This document shows positions 13,101-24,604 of a stretch of 64,000 bases of DNA, one piece after another (the first letter of the stretch is position 1; each line of letters opens with the position of its first letter). A model generated the notes under the pieces. It ran no database searches, was not told where the DNA came from, and was given only the letters and a program-made list of their open reading frames with translations. A program made the translations under genes and the position numbers. This DNA is from Chlorokybus atmophyticus (lineage: Eukaryota > Plantae > Mesostigma and Chlorokybus algae): NCBI GenBank assembly GCA_009103225.1, contig RHPI01002069.1:1760846-1824845 (forward strand). Reading direction: 5' to 3'.

Positions 13101-14364
13101 ACTAGCAGCTTGTACATATGATAGAAGCGTAATCTGTTTGTTGCAGCAACACACAACACCTCCTCGTTTGCAGAAAACCCGAGGCCAACCGCTCCTGAGA
13201 CTGGAACTCTCACCAATTTATCCTTGGCAGCATCAGCAGTGGCGCGTTCTTTGGATTCGCTTTGTTTCTGTGTGTGAAAGTCTCATAAGCAACAGCACGT
13301 AGATACTTGCTAACGAGTGAGTGCCTGGCAATGTGCAGGCAGCGCATACTTTACAAGGGGGACAACATGGGTTAAGCTGCTGAGATGAGCTCGAAGGCAC
13401 CAACAAATTGCCGAAGTTGCTGCCTGCCCCCCCCGCCCCCCCCGGAAATCAATAAAAGCTCCCAGCCTCAAGCAGGCAGTCACATCAACAGGCAGCAACN
13501 NNNNNNNNNNNNNNNNNNNNNNNNNNNNNNNNNNNNNNNNNNNNNNNNNNNNNNNNNNNNNNNNNNNNNNNNNNNNNNNNNNNNNNNNNNNNNNNNNNNN
13601 NNNNNNNNNNNNNNNNNNNNNNNNNNNNNNNNNNNNNNNNNNNNNNNNNNNNNNNNNNNNNNNNNNNNNNNNNNNNNNNNNNNNNNNNNNNNNNNNNNNN
13701 NNNNNNNNNNNNNNNNNNNNNNNNNNNNNNNNNNNNNNNNNNNNNNNNNNNNNNNNNNNNNNNNNNNNNNNNNNNNNNNNNNNNNNNNNNNNCCCTCGAC
13801 TTGACCCCACACCATAGTGTATAATGTGTGATGCAAGATTAGCTTTCATACTCTACGGCAAGTCAACAACCAACTGCTTCACGTGGAATGAAAGCGCACC
13901 CCTGCTTAGTGCAGCACAAGGGATGACAACGCACTTGGTTGCTAATTGCTTAACCATCGGTGTTGACAACACTAATAGCATGTGCAAGCAACAATGTAGC
14001 CACATGTGCAATGCTAGCACACGCTTGTGGGATGCCAACGTAGGCACTGAATGCATGCAGTACGTGCATGTATTGCCGGCAACGAGTACATCCTAGCCTG
14101 CATGCAGTGCGAGAGCACGTGCGTCCTCACCTGTGCAAGAGCAACAAGGTCTGCGGTGTAGGCGGCATAGCAGGCTGCAGCATCCCCACAAACAGTGACG
14201 CCAAAGCGGTTCGAGACAGCCAGCAAGCGGGCGGCGCCATCCGGTGGCTGAAACTGTGCAAGCTCCTCAGGAGCCGACGCCCGCACATCCCCTATGCGCT
14301 TAAAAATGGTCCCGTTGGCTTGCACAGGCTCCGCCACCACGACGTCCATCACGGCAGCAGCCAT
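7104..14364 (-). CDS. NUP214: FG-repeat nucleoporin Nup214/Nup159-like (multi-exon; one intron contains an N gap)
   Basis: N-terminal exon has LLAVSNRFGVTV, followed by beta-propeller-like exons (REFCWNP, PLLLAIAQDGTLSLFSF), a coiled-coil region (~10300-11020), a long Ala/Pro/Ser/Thr-rich linker and C-terminal FG repeats (AFGQPSAFGQPSGFGQ...AFGGPRR*). This is the Nup214 domain order. Confidence 0.8.
13500..13792. other. Assembly gap (N run)
   Basis: 293 consecutive N. Confidence 0.99.
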
Positions 14365-15050
14365 GAGGAAATTAAACTAAGCAGCATAGCCCTTGCATGG
14401 CCAAGCAGTATGGAGCACGCTTGCCAGCTGACAAGCTTACAGCTGCTGGGGAGCTTACAGCTGCTTGCAGGCAGGCAGCAACACCCTTGCTGCTAGCTTG
14501 CACCCTTGCTGGCTTACTCTGCAGCCAAACAGCAGTGCTGCTAGTTGGTGTTGGCAGTAAGATGCTTGCTGCCTGCTGATGAGCCAAACTTCACAGCTTG
14601 CACGCAAAGCGATCACCTCCAATGCCAGCTTGTGCATGCATGAAGAGAACCAGCGGTTGCTTCCGCCGCCCGCCGCCCGGCGCAGGCGAAGACGTCTACT
14701 CATCGAAGGCACCAATTTCGAACATAATTTCGAGCACACAACTTGCTAAAGGAACCCTACGCGAGCTTGTGTGTTGGTCTGGGCAGTGGAGGTGGCGGCG
14801 GCCTTGGCGGTGTTGGCGGTGAGGATACTGAGGCCGTTGCCTTGCGTGGTGTGCTGTCTGGCGTTGAGCACCCTTTCTTGTCCTGTCGCGGCTTCTGGGA
14901 TACTCGGGTAGTTCAAGGCGAGGCTCAAGATCAGCAGGAGTTGTTTGTTCGCCGTCTAGCCCACTAGGGTTGCTGCGTGGGATCGTCTGCTATTTACCTA
15001 GCAAGGGCCGCGAGGGCTTGGGCAGGGGTTTCGGAAGGGAGCCCCCGGCT

Positions 15051-17015
15051 ATGGTCAGGCTCACGCTCATCGCCCGTGTGATAGATGGGCTTCCCCTAGC
15101 CGAGGTATGGCGTTGTGGTTGGCAAAGTTTCTGTACAAGCGCTGCTCTACTTGATCTACGTGCACGCAAGCTGCTAAGGTTTTGCATGGCATGCTGCAGC
15201 TTGTGCCAGCCGTTTGTCATATGGTTCCTGCTCTAGCACCAGTGCGGTTTAGTCCATCTCAGACGCATGTTGCTTAGAACCTCTATATCCAACATCAACC
15301 GCGGATCCTTCAATCTAACTCTAATACTAGGCGCAGCGTTTTGACCAGTCGTTTACAAGCACAAATGTTCATGCCCATTGTATTGTGTAAAGCCTGAGCT
15401 CCCATGCTTTTGTTGGCATTGTCAAGCAAGGACTGTTGCAGATTTGCTTGCGTTGTGGTGATGTAGCTCCTGCATCATTGTCGAGAGATTATGTTGTCGG
15501 GTTGGCTTTGAGAGCGCAACTGGCCTTCGGTACTAACTGTTGGTTGCACATGCATCAAGTTAAGTGTAAACAAATGCTGGCACGCTTGGAAGCTATACTC
15601 TCGTGTTATGTGTCATGGGTGCAACACTGTGCGGCACGCTGATTACAACTCTTCTGTAGTAAATGTAGCAATTCTTGGCGGTGCAGGCATGGTACGACAT
15701 GCATATCTACATGCAGCCTGTAGCACTGTTTGCCGCGCTCACATGTGCTTGGTATGTTTGTTGCCGTCTGTGCGGCAACAAACCGCAGTTTCATGAGTTC
15801 GTGGCACTCAGGAACGGACAAGAGCATGCTTACATTAAGACTTGTAAAGCAGCTATTAATAAAACGTGCATTTTATCCCGTGCTTATGTGGTCTGTGTTG
15901 GGCTGGCAGGGTCTTGAGAGCGAGCGAGAGCAACATGAACTTGAAGGTTACAAAGCCCAGGCCAAAGCGCTGTTCAAAAAGCTGTCCGCAGGCCCCGCAC
16001 CACCCTCTCGTTGCACATATGAGTCAGGCCCGTACACGTTCCAGTAAGTGCGCATACGGCATACATTATAAGACACAGCCGCCTGGCCATCAGGCATGTG
16101 ACTGAGTAACACAAGCATGATGGCTCCTGATCGAGAACTAGCTGCATGTCTACAAGTGCAACCAACTGCTGTAGATGCGTGTGCTCATGCGTGCATGCAT
16201 GCATTGGGGATGCTGACATGCTTCTTGCTGGCAGTTACCTGATTGAGAATGGCGTTTGCTACCTAGCGCTCTGTGAGAAGTCGTATCCCAAAAAGTTGGC
16301 TTACCAGTACCTTGAAGACTTGCAAAAGGAGTTTGACTCTCAGTTCCGAGATCAGATTGAGACTGTGGCACGACCATATGCGTTTATCAAATTTGGTGAG
16401 TCCGCTATGCGCTGCATGCAATTGTCCCTTTCTGCTTTGGGCATAGTTGAAGACAGTTTGTTGAAGCTGTGCTTCAGTCACCCCAGCGGCTTGTCCTGGA
16501 GTAACCCTCACTGAGCGTTGTTATCTCAGATACGTACATCCAGAAAACTAAAAAGCTGTATGCTGACACACGGACTCAACGGAACCTCTCAAAAATGAAT
16601 GAAGACTTGGTTGAAGTGCAGCAGATCATGACGCGCAACATCCAGGAAGTTCTGGGGGTTGGCGAAAAGCTTGACCGTAAGTGCATGCCTGGTCATACTT
16701 ACCACAACATCTGTCCATCGCCATCACAACCATTCAAAGTTTTAAGGAGGGTTGCGTTGCTAAGTGCATCACTACCTTCGCAGAGGTCTCAAAGATGTCA
16801 TCAACTCTTTCTGAGGAGTCCAAGAAGTACGCTGGCAAAGCAAAGAAACTCAGCCAACAGGTAGTAGAGTCTCCAGCAGGTTGTGTCCGCAACAGTGAAC
16901 TGAGTTGTGCTTATGTGTGACTATGTGGCAGGCGTTCATCAAGAAGTGGACACCTGTTGCTGTTGTTGGCTTCATTGTGGTGATTGTGCTGTGGTTGAGA
17001 TCGTTTTGGAGGTAG
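15051..17015 (+). CDS. SEC22: Longin R-SNARE SEC22 (multi-exon)
   Basis: [95 protein letters not shown], and a C-terminal TM anchor (KWTPVAVVGFIVVIVLWLRSFWR*). Confidence 0.96.
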
Positions 17016-17519
17016 CAGCCTCATTGTATAGTAGAGATTGATTGTTTGCGGCAGCCCATTGTCTGCACGCGCCTGTCGTCCAGTCCACGAGTGTTTGTTG
17101 GCATGGCACGGGGTACATGGTGTGTGTGTGTGCACGTGAGCCCCACACATATGTAGTAAGCTTGAGTAATTGTAAGGGAGCTACATCAGCGCACACATGC
17201 ACAGTCGCGCCCGGTGGTGGCGGCTAGCTGCTTGGAGGTATGTACAGAAAATGCGAGAGGGGTATGTGTATGGAGTGATTGTTGATGCACGCTGTGCTTG
17301 CGCTCCGAGCTATTCAACGAACTCTATGCGTGTATGCGTCGAGTAAATCGAGGGCCCCAAAGATCATGCAAATACAGACACACAGCATCGGTGTAGGTTG
17401 GTAAGCATGCTTACACAACACAACACGCACAATCAGCATGGCAAGGTCATTGTTAATAGGTTAATACCCATGGCAAGCAGATTCTTCTAACTGTTTATTA
17501 CAATGCATCAGAGTGTCCA

Positions 17520-18473
17520 TATGATGATACCACTACTTACTTGCTGCTCGGGCAAACATAAGCATTCAAGAGAAGAACTTGGATGGAAGTCCCACCAGCG
17601 TCACCGGTGCAGCATCTCGCAGGGGAAGATGCAGCTCAGCACCAAAGGGGGGAGAGGATGTTCACCGGCGTATCCAGTCAGTTCCAGTCCCAAGTATGTG
17701 CACACCTAACACATGATGCAGCTTGCATCTTTTGTACACTCACGTGCACCACAACACCACACCCCACAAGGGATGAGGGGGAGAGCCCCTTTAACAGCTA
17801 ACAACCATGCACCCCACGCACAAGTGGCCCTCTTGTAAAGCAAACACACACTGATGTCTTGACCAATACTGATCTGATCCCTACTGAAGGATGCAACTTG
17901 GCATTTATACCACATGCTGCTCTCGCGACCTGGCACACAAGATGTCCAAGGCCATTTAGGCCTTGTCACTATGCGCTGACTCTTTTCCAACATCGAAACT
18001 AACAAACTCCACCTCGGGAGTATCAACCCCCCACGAATTATCATAGAAATAACAGTCCTACCTCGGAATCCTTAATTAAGGCTCCCCTAGTGCACCAATA
18101 CTTCCGTATCACTTGCTTTGCGATTATCGCACCTGTGGCAAATTGCACTACCAGAGTACAACCCCTGTGGTTTACCAACTTTGTTAACTTATTTTGCAAC
18201 TGCCACTTCTTGTGGCAACTCACAATACAATAACAAAGGCTTGCATGCCGTAGGCATTGACAAGCTCTATGCTAGCCCAGCATTAATGCCTTGTGTAGTT
18301 TATCATTACTCAAGGCCCACATAGGCTCTAGAGCGGACTGCATGAGAGCACACGCCATAAGCACTTACACCCGCTTATGAAATGGAAAATCCCATATGGT
18401 CCCTTCTTACTAACACTAACATAAGTGGCATAAGGGACAGGGAATGACTTTTGCCATCTTTATAGGCGTGACA
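17520..18473 (-). repeat. 3' LTR (~950 bp)
   Basis: Colinear with 21054-21968, roughly 85% identical by eye and mostly differing by transitions. TATA-like TATAAAT at 17909-17903 (minus). Confidence 0.8.
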
Positions 18474-20116
18474 TTTCTCCCTTCTTGCTCTGCAACGACC
18501 GCGTTGCAATAGGTGGAACACTTGTCCCGCATAAACCGCAAGTAGGGTGATCAATCCTACAGCGCAGGCTGCACTCCACATGTAAAAGTAGTGCAAGTCG
18601 TGGGCGTGACAACCAACTCTGCTACTGAGTACTAGTGGGCCCGGTGTTGGTATGTCAAATGAATCTTCTCTTGAGGTTACAGGCATGTGCTCATGCTCTT
18701 GCAGCTGAGCACAAGCACTGAGCACGCGCTCAAAAGTGGCCCTTGTGGATTCGAGCGCATTCTCAAACTTCTCGAACTTGACAGCACAATTTAACAGTGC
18801 AAGTTGTTAAGCTAATCTCTCAAGCGTTATGTCTCTTCGCGATAATCAAGCTACTTATTCGGTTCGAAAGTTTTCCAGGCTAAACCGCTCTGCCAACAAC
18901 GGCAACGACCTCATACTTAAGATCACTTAACTTAACTTCAGCAGCCATTGTATTCCTCCCCACTTAGGTTGAGACACCTCACCGTTTTGCCAACATTGGC
19001 ACACACTTTGAGCATGCTTAGCAACTCCACAAATTACGTGTGATAAACACAAGGCACATGTTCCACATCAACAGCCATCAGGTCCTCCCCACTTGGCTTG
19101 TAGACTTCCAGCAGTGCTTCACCGTCAGCTCTTTCAAGCGCAGTTGGCATCTTGCTGGTCTTGTGATGCCACTAATGTCTTACTGACAGCTTTGCAAGCA
19201 CAATTGGCAAAGTGCAAGCACTAACACCAGAGTCACAAGACTATGCACCCCTGGCATCGTGCACATGCACGTGTCGTCAGTGCCAATAGCACTGGCAAAC
19301 GGCTTAATTTAAGGGGTTGAAAAGAAAGCAAGGGGTTTGTATGGTCGGTACATACACCTTCCAGCCCCTCTTAATAGCGTTACTCCTATAACAGTTGAAC
19401 TATTCTCAACAACTCTTACTTAATTTTTCGTGTACGCACCTGCATAACACATCATTTAATTGCTACATTAACAAAATGGTGTCATCGTGAAGGAAGAGCT
19501 ACTTAGCTTCAACAACTCCTTTGTTAAAGTTTCATTGTGCCTTTCGATGTCCGCATACAGCTTGACTAAGCCCTTACATCGGCATGAACACTTACATAAT
19601 ACAAACAAGCGGCATCACATGCCATGTTTAAGTGGCAACTCAGATTGAGCAACATTGCACACAGGCAAGTGCGCATGCGTTCAAGGCTTAAAAGCAAGGC
19701 GTACATTGCTAGAAGACTCACCAAGTGACGGGGCACAAGTCGCATTGGCATTCCGCTTTAGCAGGGGTTTGGTTCCTTGCCATACCATTTTTGTCACTTG
19801 CTTAGTACTTAATGAACAACTTGAGACATTGATACGAGATGTACCAACGGTGGGTACGACATTGTGCCCATCCGCTCGCAAGGTCATACAACCTCGCTCA
19901 TTGTAAAGTTCGAGTATGCACGTGCATACTCGACTCATTCTCCCTCGCAGCACCGTTGCATGATGAGGAAGGCGACATCAAGTCACTATAAGCGCATTGC
20001 TTATCAATATTTATGGAGCGAACGTTCATTTGCGATCGATTGCATACATTGATGGCGCATTGCTTCATGTCCCTCATACATGAGAGCATGACCTCAAACA
20101 CTCTTAGCTTGAGCAT
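18375..20116 (-). pseudogene. Degenerate membrane glycoprotein-like (env-like) ORF inside the LTR element
   Basis: Minus-strand frames broken mainly by TAA/TGA (consistent with CAA/CGA decay) give Cys-rich segments with NVS, NAT, NET and NSS sequons, a hydrophobic HSLVTLVLVLALCQL stretch, a heptad-like FEKFENALESTRATFERVL, and a TM segment YMWSAACAVGLITLLAVYAGQVF followed by a basic tail running into the 3' LTR. Confidence 0.45.
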
Positions 20117-21053
20117 GACCGAGCTGCATGCTCGTGCTCAGCTATTCCCACATGGGAATAGCTGAACCCACCACCACATAGTGCGGTCACCTAACAGATG
20201 CACTCGCGCGTACACGCGCGCTTACTTGCATTAAGTGCGGCAATAAGCAAATGCATGTGCAAAACCGATCACAAGTGCAAACGCACACAATTGATGATCA
20301 ACCCAGCTTGTTAAACAGCCCATACGTAGCATGCAAATGTGCGTGCAGCTGAAACCACACCACTCGGTGCAGTCACCATGACATGATGCACTTATGCGCA
20401 AACATGTGCACACGTGCACACACGTGCAACAAGTGCAGCAACAAGCAGCAAGTGCATATGCACACGACCACGGCACAAATCAGCGTGCCAAACAGTCCGT
20501 AACTAGCATGGAAGTGTGCGTACAGCTAAGACATCATCATGACAGATGCACATGCATGCACACGCGCATATACACGCGCACACGCGCAGCAAGTGCAGCA
20601 GCAAGCAAATGCATGCGCAAAGCCTTGCACAAGCAACAAATGCACAATACTAGAGCATGAATCAGCATCAGAAACAGCTCACACCGTCATGCAAACATGC
20701 GTGCAGCTTAAGACAGCATCATACCAGATGTATGTACACACATACGCATGCATATGCGCACACATGCGCACATATGTGCAACCAGTGCAGCAACAAGCAG
20801 CTGTGTATACATGGCGTGCATGGCCGCGCACGTGCAGCAAAAACACACAACTAGTGCACAAATCAGCGTGCAACATGGCCCACATCGTGCATGCAAGTGT
20901 GCACGCAGCTGGAAATGCCAACAACCATGCACAATCAGCATAAAACACTGCCATGTAGTGCATGTAAGCAAAGGATGCAACGCATGCACCGCTCAGCAAG
21001 TGTACAAGGTGATGGACAAGCATGCAAGGCTTGGACACGAGCTCCAAGTCCAA

Positions 21054-21968
21054 TGCAACAATACCACTACTTACTTGATGGTCGGGCCTTGGCAAACTTA
21101 TGCACAAGCACTTGGAATTTACGGATGGAAGTCCCACCAGCGTCACTGGTGCAGCACCTTGCAGGGGAAGATGCAGCTCAGCACCAAAGGAGGAGAGGAT
21201 GATCACCGGCCTGTCCAGTCAGCTCCAGTCCCAAGTACGCACACATGGGACACACTCACGCGCACATCACTACACCCCACAAGGGATGAGGGGGAGAGCC
21301 CTTCCAACAGCTAACAACCAGGCACCCCACACAAGTGGCCCTCTTGTAAGGCAAACACACACTGATGTCTTGATCAATACTGATCCGATTCCTACTCAAG
21401 GATGCAACTTAGCATATATACCACATGCTGCTTCAATACCTGGCACACAGGATGTCCAAGGCCATCTAGGCCTTGTTACTATGCGCTGACCTTGTGCCAA
21501 CATCAAAACCAACAAACTCCACCTCGTGAGTATCCACCCCCCACGGATATTTATAGAAATAACAGTCCTACCTCCAGGCTCCCCTAGTGCACCAATACTT
21601 GCGGATTGCCCATATGCACCACTTGCCTTGCGACTGTCACATGTGTGGCAAATCGCACTACCATAGTATACCATGTGGTTTGCCAACTTGGCTAACTTGT
21701 TAGCCGCCTACCACTTCCTGTGGCAACTCACAGTAATAACAAAGGCTTGCATGCCATAAGCCTTGACAAGCTCTGTGCTAGCGCAGCATAAATGCCTTGT
21801 GTAGTTCATCATTACTCAAGGCCCTTCTAGACTCAAGAGCGGACCGTATGAGAGCACACGCCATAAGCACTTGCACCCGCTTATAAAATGGAAAATCCCA
21901 TATGGTCCCTTCTTATTAACATAAGTAAGGGACAGAGAATGACTTTTGCCAGCCTTATAGGCGTGACA
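21054..21968 (-). repeat. 5' LTR (~915 bp)
   Basis: Starts TGTCACGCC and ends ...GGTATTGTTGCA, followed by T-TGG (possible PBS start). TATATA lies at the position equivalent to the 3' LTR TATA. Confidence 0.8.
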
Positions 21969-24604
21969 GTCCAAGCATATCAGTTACTATGCTTATAGCT
22001 ATTCTTATCGTATGTGTTTATCAGGTGTTGTGAATTTAGTAGTACAAACTTGATAATGTGAACGATATTGATATCGAGCTCTCAGCGACTTGTACCATGG
22101 CATCGCATTTCATAGCAGTAGTGGTACTAGCAGTGTGCTCAGCTGTGAACAATTTGTAGGATGGCAGCAACTGCAACGGCTGACCTCATATATAGAATGT
22201 GCCCGTCAATCCACAATATTCGAAAACGTATATTCTAAGAAAGGGGCCACTCTTGCACGGTCATGCATGTGCGTGTGTGCGCAATAACATGCATATTTAA
22301 TAACATACGTATGTGTCATTAATTATATATACCCCACGCCCATGCCGAACATGTCAGCGATATTGATGGCAGTGAGTTACGTGACGTAGCTAGCTTGACC
22401 GGTGCCAACGTGTCATATCGGTTGGTGCCTGTTGCATGTGATAATGTAAGAATTCGTTGCATGTCATTGCATGCTAGCATATGGAAAATAAATCTAGTAA
22501 CGTAAATCTACGATGTTGTACGCGTGCTATGTAAGCTTGCATAGATCAGCTCTCATGTAAGTTTCATACCAGACCTACCCCTCATTGTTATACACATGAG
22601 TATGCATGCAGTCCAGCAGCTAATAGCACTCACATGAAGAATAAAAGCAAGTTGGGGGACATCAAAGGTTCCAAACAAGTGCGAAAAATAATCATGACGT
22701 TTTTGGCTTGATAACGGCGAGGTGATAAGTTTAGTAATAATATACAGATTATGATAAAATACTTCAATAATACCATTACAATGCTTATTCCATTGTCCCG
22801 TGTGTTTTCCTTGCGAAGGAAAACCAGAAATGGCATTTTCACATAAAAAACTTCTTGAAAATGCATAATGTCGAAAAAAGTATCTGTCGGCCGCTTGTCA
22901 GACGATCTTCATGTGCCGACGTAGCTAATGTCGATGTATTGAATGCAACGGCAAAGTTGATTACGAACATAAGTAGCATGAAGCTGACAAAAAACGAATG
23001 ATGATCAATCGGGTACATGGTATGCAAAAGTATCCATAATAAAATATCATTTAGCAAATTATCAATACATCATATTGCAATAAGGATGCATCTTTTTATT
23101 ATTCACAACCTTTCAATGGTTTTGATTACCGACGAATATATCCCCATGGGTTGTTGGCAATAAACATGCAATAGCTTGTTACGTGTTGGTTGTTATCCAA
23201 CGCTATTCCTCCCACCTCGCCTAACATGCGACTCTGTATGCTGCTGTGTCTTTGTAGTTTTGTGTGCGATAAAAAAAGAATGCTTGTGTGCTGCTTGTCT
23301 TGCCTCCCTACCCTTAATCAGTCCGATAGCTCATTTTGGCAAGTGACATCCAGCACAGCAGGGATACTGAGAAGGGATATCTCTGTGCCACTCGAGTTGT
23401 TGGCGCCAGTTTTGGCGCGCCACCCCACCCCACGCCTGCCAGCGCGGCAGGCGTGGCGAGGGCGCGGGCCGGGGGCGACGTGGCGCACTGATAGTGCAAC
23501 AAACGGGACGCTTTTCGGCCCATCGCGGAAGTCACCCACTTTTTCGGAAGTTTACTGCCCAGCCCGCTTTCACCCGACGCATGCAGCGCGCGACACGTCG
23601 GATTGACGCTCGACCGCATATGCGAGACGCGCACGCATATCCACTCCAAAAAGGCGCCTAGAATTCGACTTCAACTTTCACAAAAGTCCCCAAGCAACAG
23701 CCAAAATAAGTGTAGCGGACTTCGCTCACCGCCCTTCTGCCGGTCAGAGCTACGGAACCTAAAGCTAGCGTAAAGCTAGCTGCTCTAGGTCGCGCGCCCA
23801 GCGGTCGGACCTCGCCGGCTTTTTGCCGGGTGAAAAAACTGACATTGGTTCAGCTTTCGCCTGCTATTGGCCTGTTATCTGGCCCAAGCACGTACCGGTG
23901 TTAGATGCAAAATGTCTGGTTGTCATCAGCCATGTATCACATTCTGCGAGCAAACTGTCGGTCCAGACAGCTCGTAGGACCAGTAAAATGACCGGCTGTA
24001 GCGACCTATCCTCAGCGTGTGCTGCTGTCATATGGGCAGCCCCAACTACGCCCGGTTTGACTATCGGCAGCGGCGGCAGCGGCGACGGAGGGGGGCGCGG
24101 TCTAGTTGTGGGCGTAGGGTGCAGGCTGCTTGTCAGAGCATAGTTCTAAGTTACTGCTTTCCCGCACACACTTCCAAGCAATAGGACTAGAAGTAATCTT
24201 GTGCTGAGTTTGCGTGAGCGGGACAGGCTAGGTGTGGTTGTGTGCACAGGGTTGAAAGGGCAGCAGGACGTTTGGTTTGTGTGTGGACTGTCTGGCGAGA
24301 GGAGTTTGAGTGCAAGCGGTGAGTCTTCTGTTTGTTTGAACGTCACTTGTGCTTGTGCTTGTTGGTGCTTTGCTTGTTACTTGAGAAGTTTATCAGTAGC
24401 GGCTGAATTCATCCGCACAGCTGCCTTCAGCAGTGCCTTTGCTGCTAAGGACGAGACACGAATAGCAGCTCATCAACTTTATGTGCATACACACTTGTAT
24501 GCACTCCAGCTGCTTGAGCAGTCATAGGTGCATTCAAGAAGTTTGACTTCGTGCATATTATTGATTGGTAGGTGTGCAGGAACTGCGGATCAAATTACTC
24601 AAGC

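Larger units (their letters stand above)
17520..21968 (-). mobile_element. Non-autonomous/decayed LTR retroelement with env-like ORF remnant
   Basis: Two direct repeats (21968-21054 and 18473-17520 on the minus strand) both begin TGTCACGCCTATAA. A 13-nt polypurine tract AAGAAGGGAGAAA (18486-18474) abuts the inner repeat. GTCCA flanks both outer ends (17515-17519, 21969-21973). No RT/IN motifs were recognised internally. Confidence 0.75.

Noticed and set aside
13443-13499. 57-bp exact copy of NUP214 3' UTR sequence (7016-7072) inside a NUP214 intron
   Set aside because: It sits between a poly-C tract and an N gap, which is typical of a gap-flanking assembly artefact. Long reads would be needed to call it real.
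17520-18473. Retrozyme (hammerhead-containing LTR) hypothesis
   Set aside because: No CTGANGA...GAAA hammerhead core was found, and the LTRs and interior are much longer than described retrozymes.
19681-19953. Resemblance of RGCMTLRADG to the hAT transposase GC..M.DGW motif
   Set aside because: The conserved W and downstream hAT motifs are absent, there are no TIRs, and the segment lies within an LTR-bounded element.
20200-21000. Long His/Thr/Cys/Ala/Val-rich ORFs here and throughout 45-62 kb
   Set aside because: These are translations of CA/TG low-complexity DNA that lacks stop codons; they have no protein-like composition.
23748-23770. AACCTAAA as a possible telomerase RNA template
   Set aside because: It lacks the CCC needed for TTTAGGG/TTAGGG repeats, and no USE/TATA Pol III promoter was evident.
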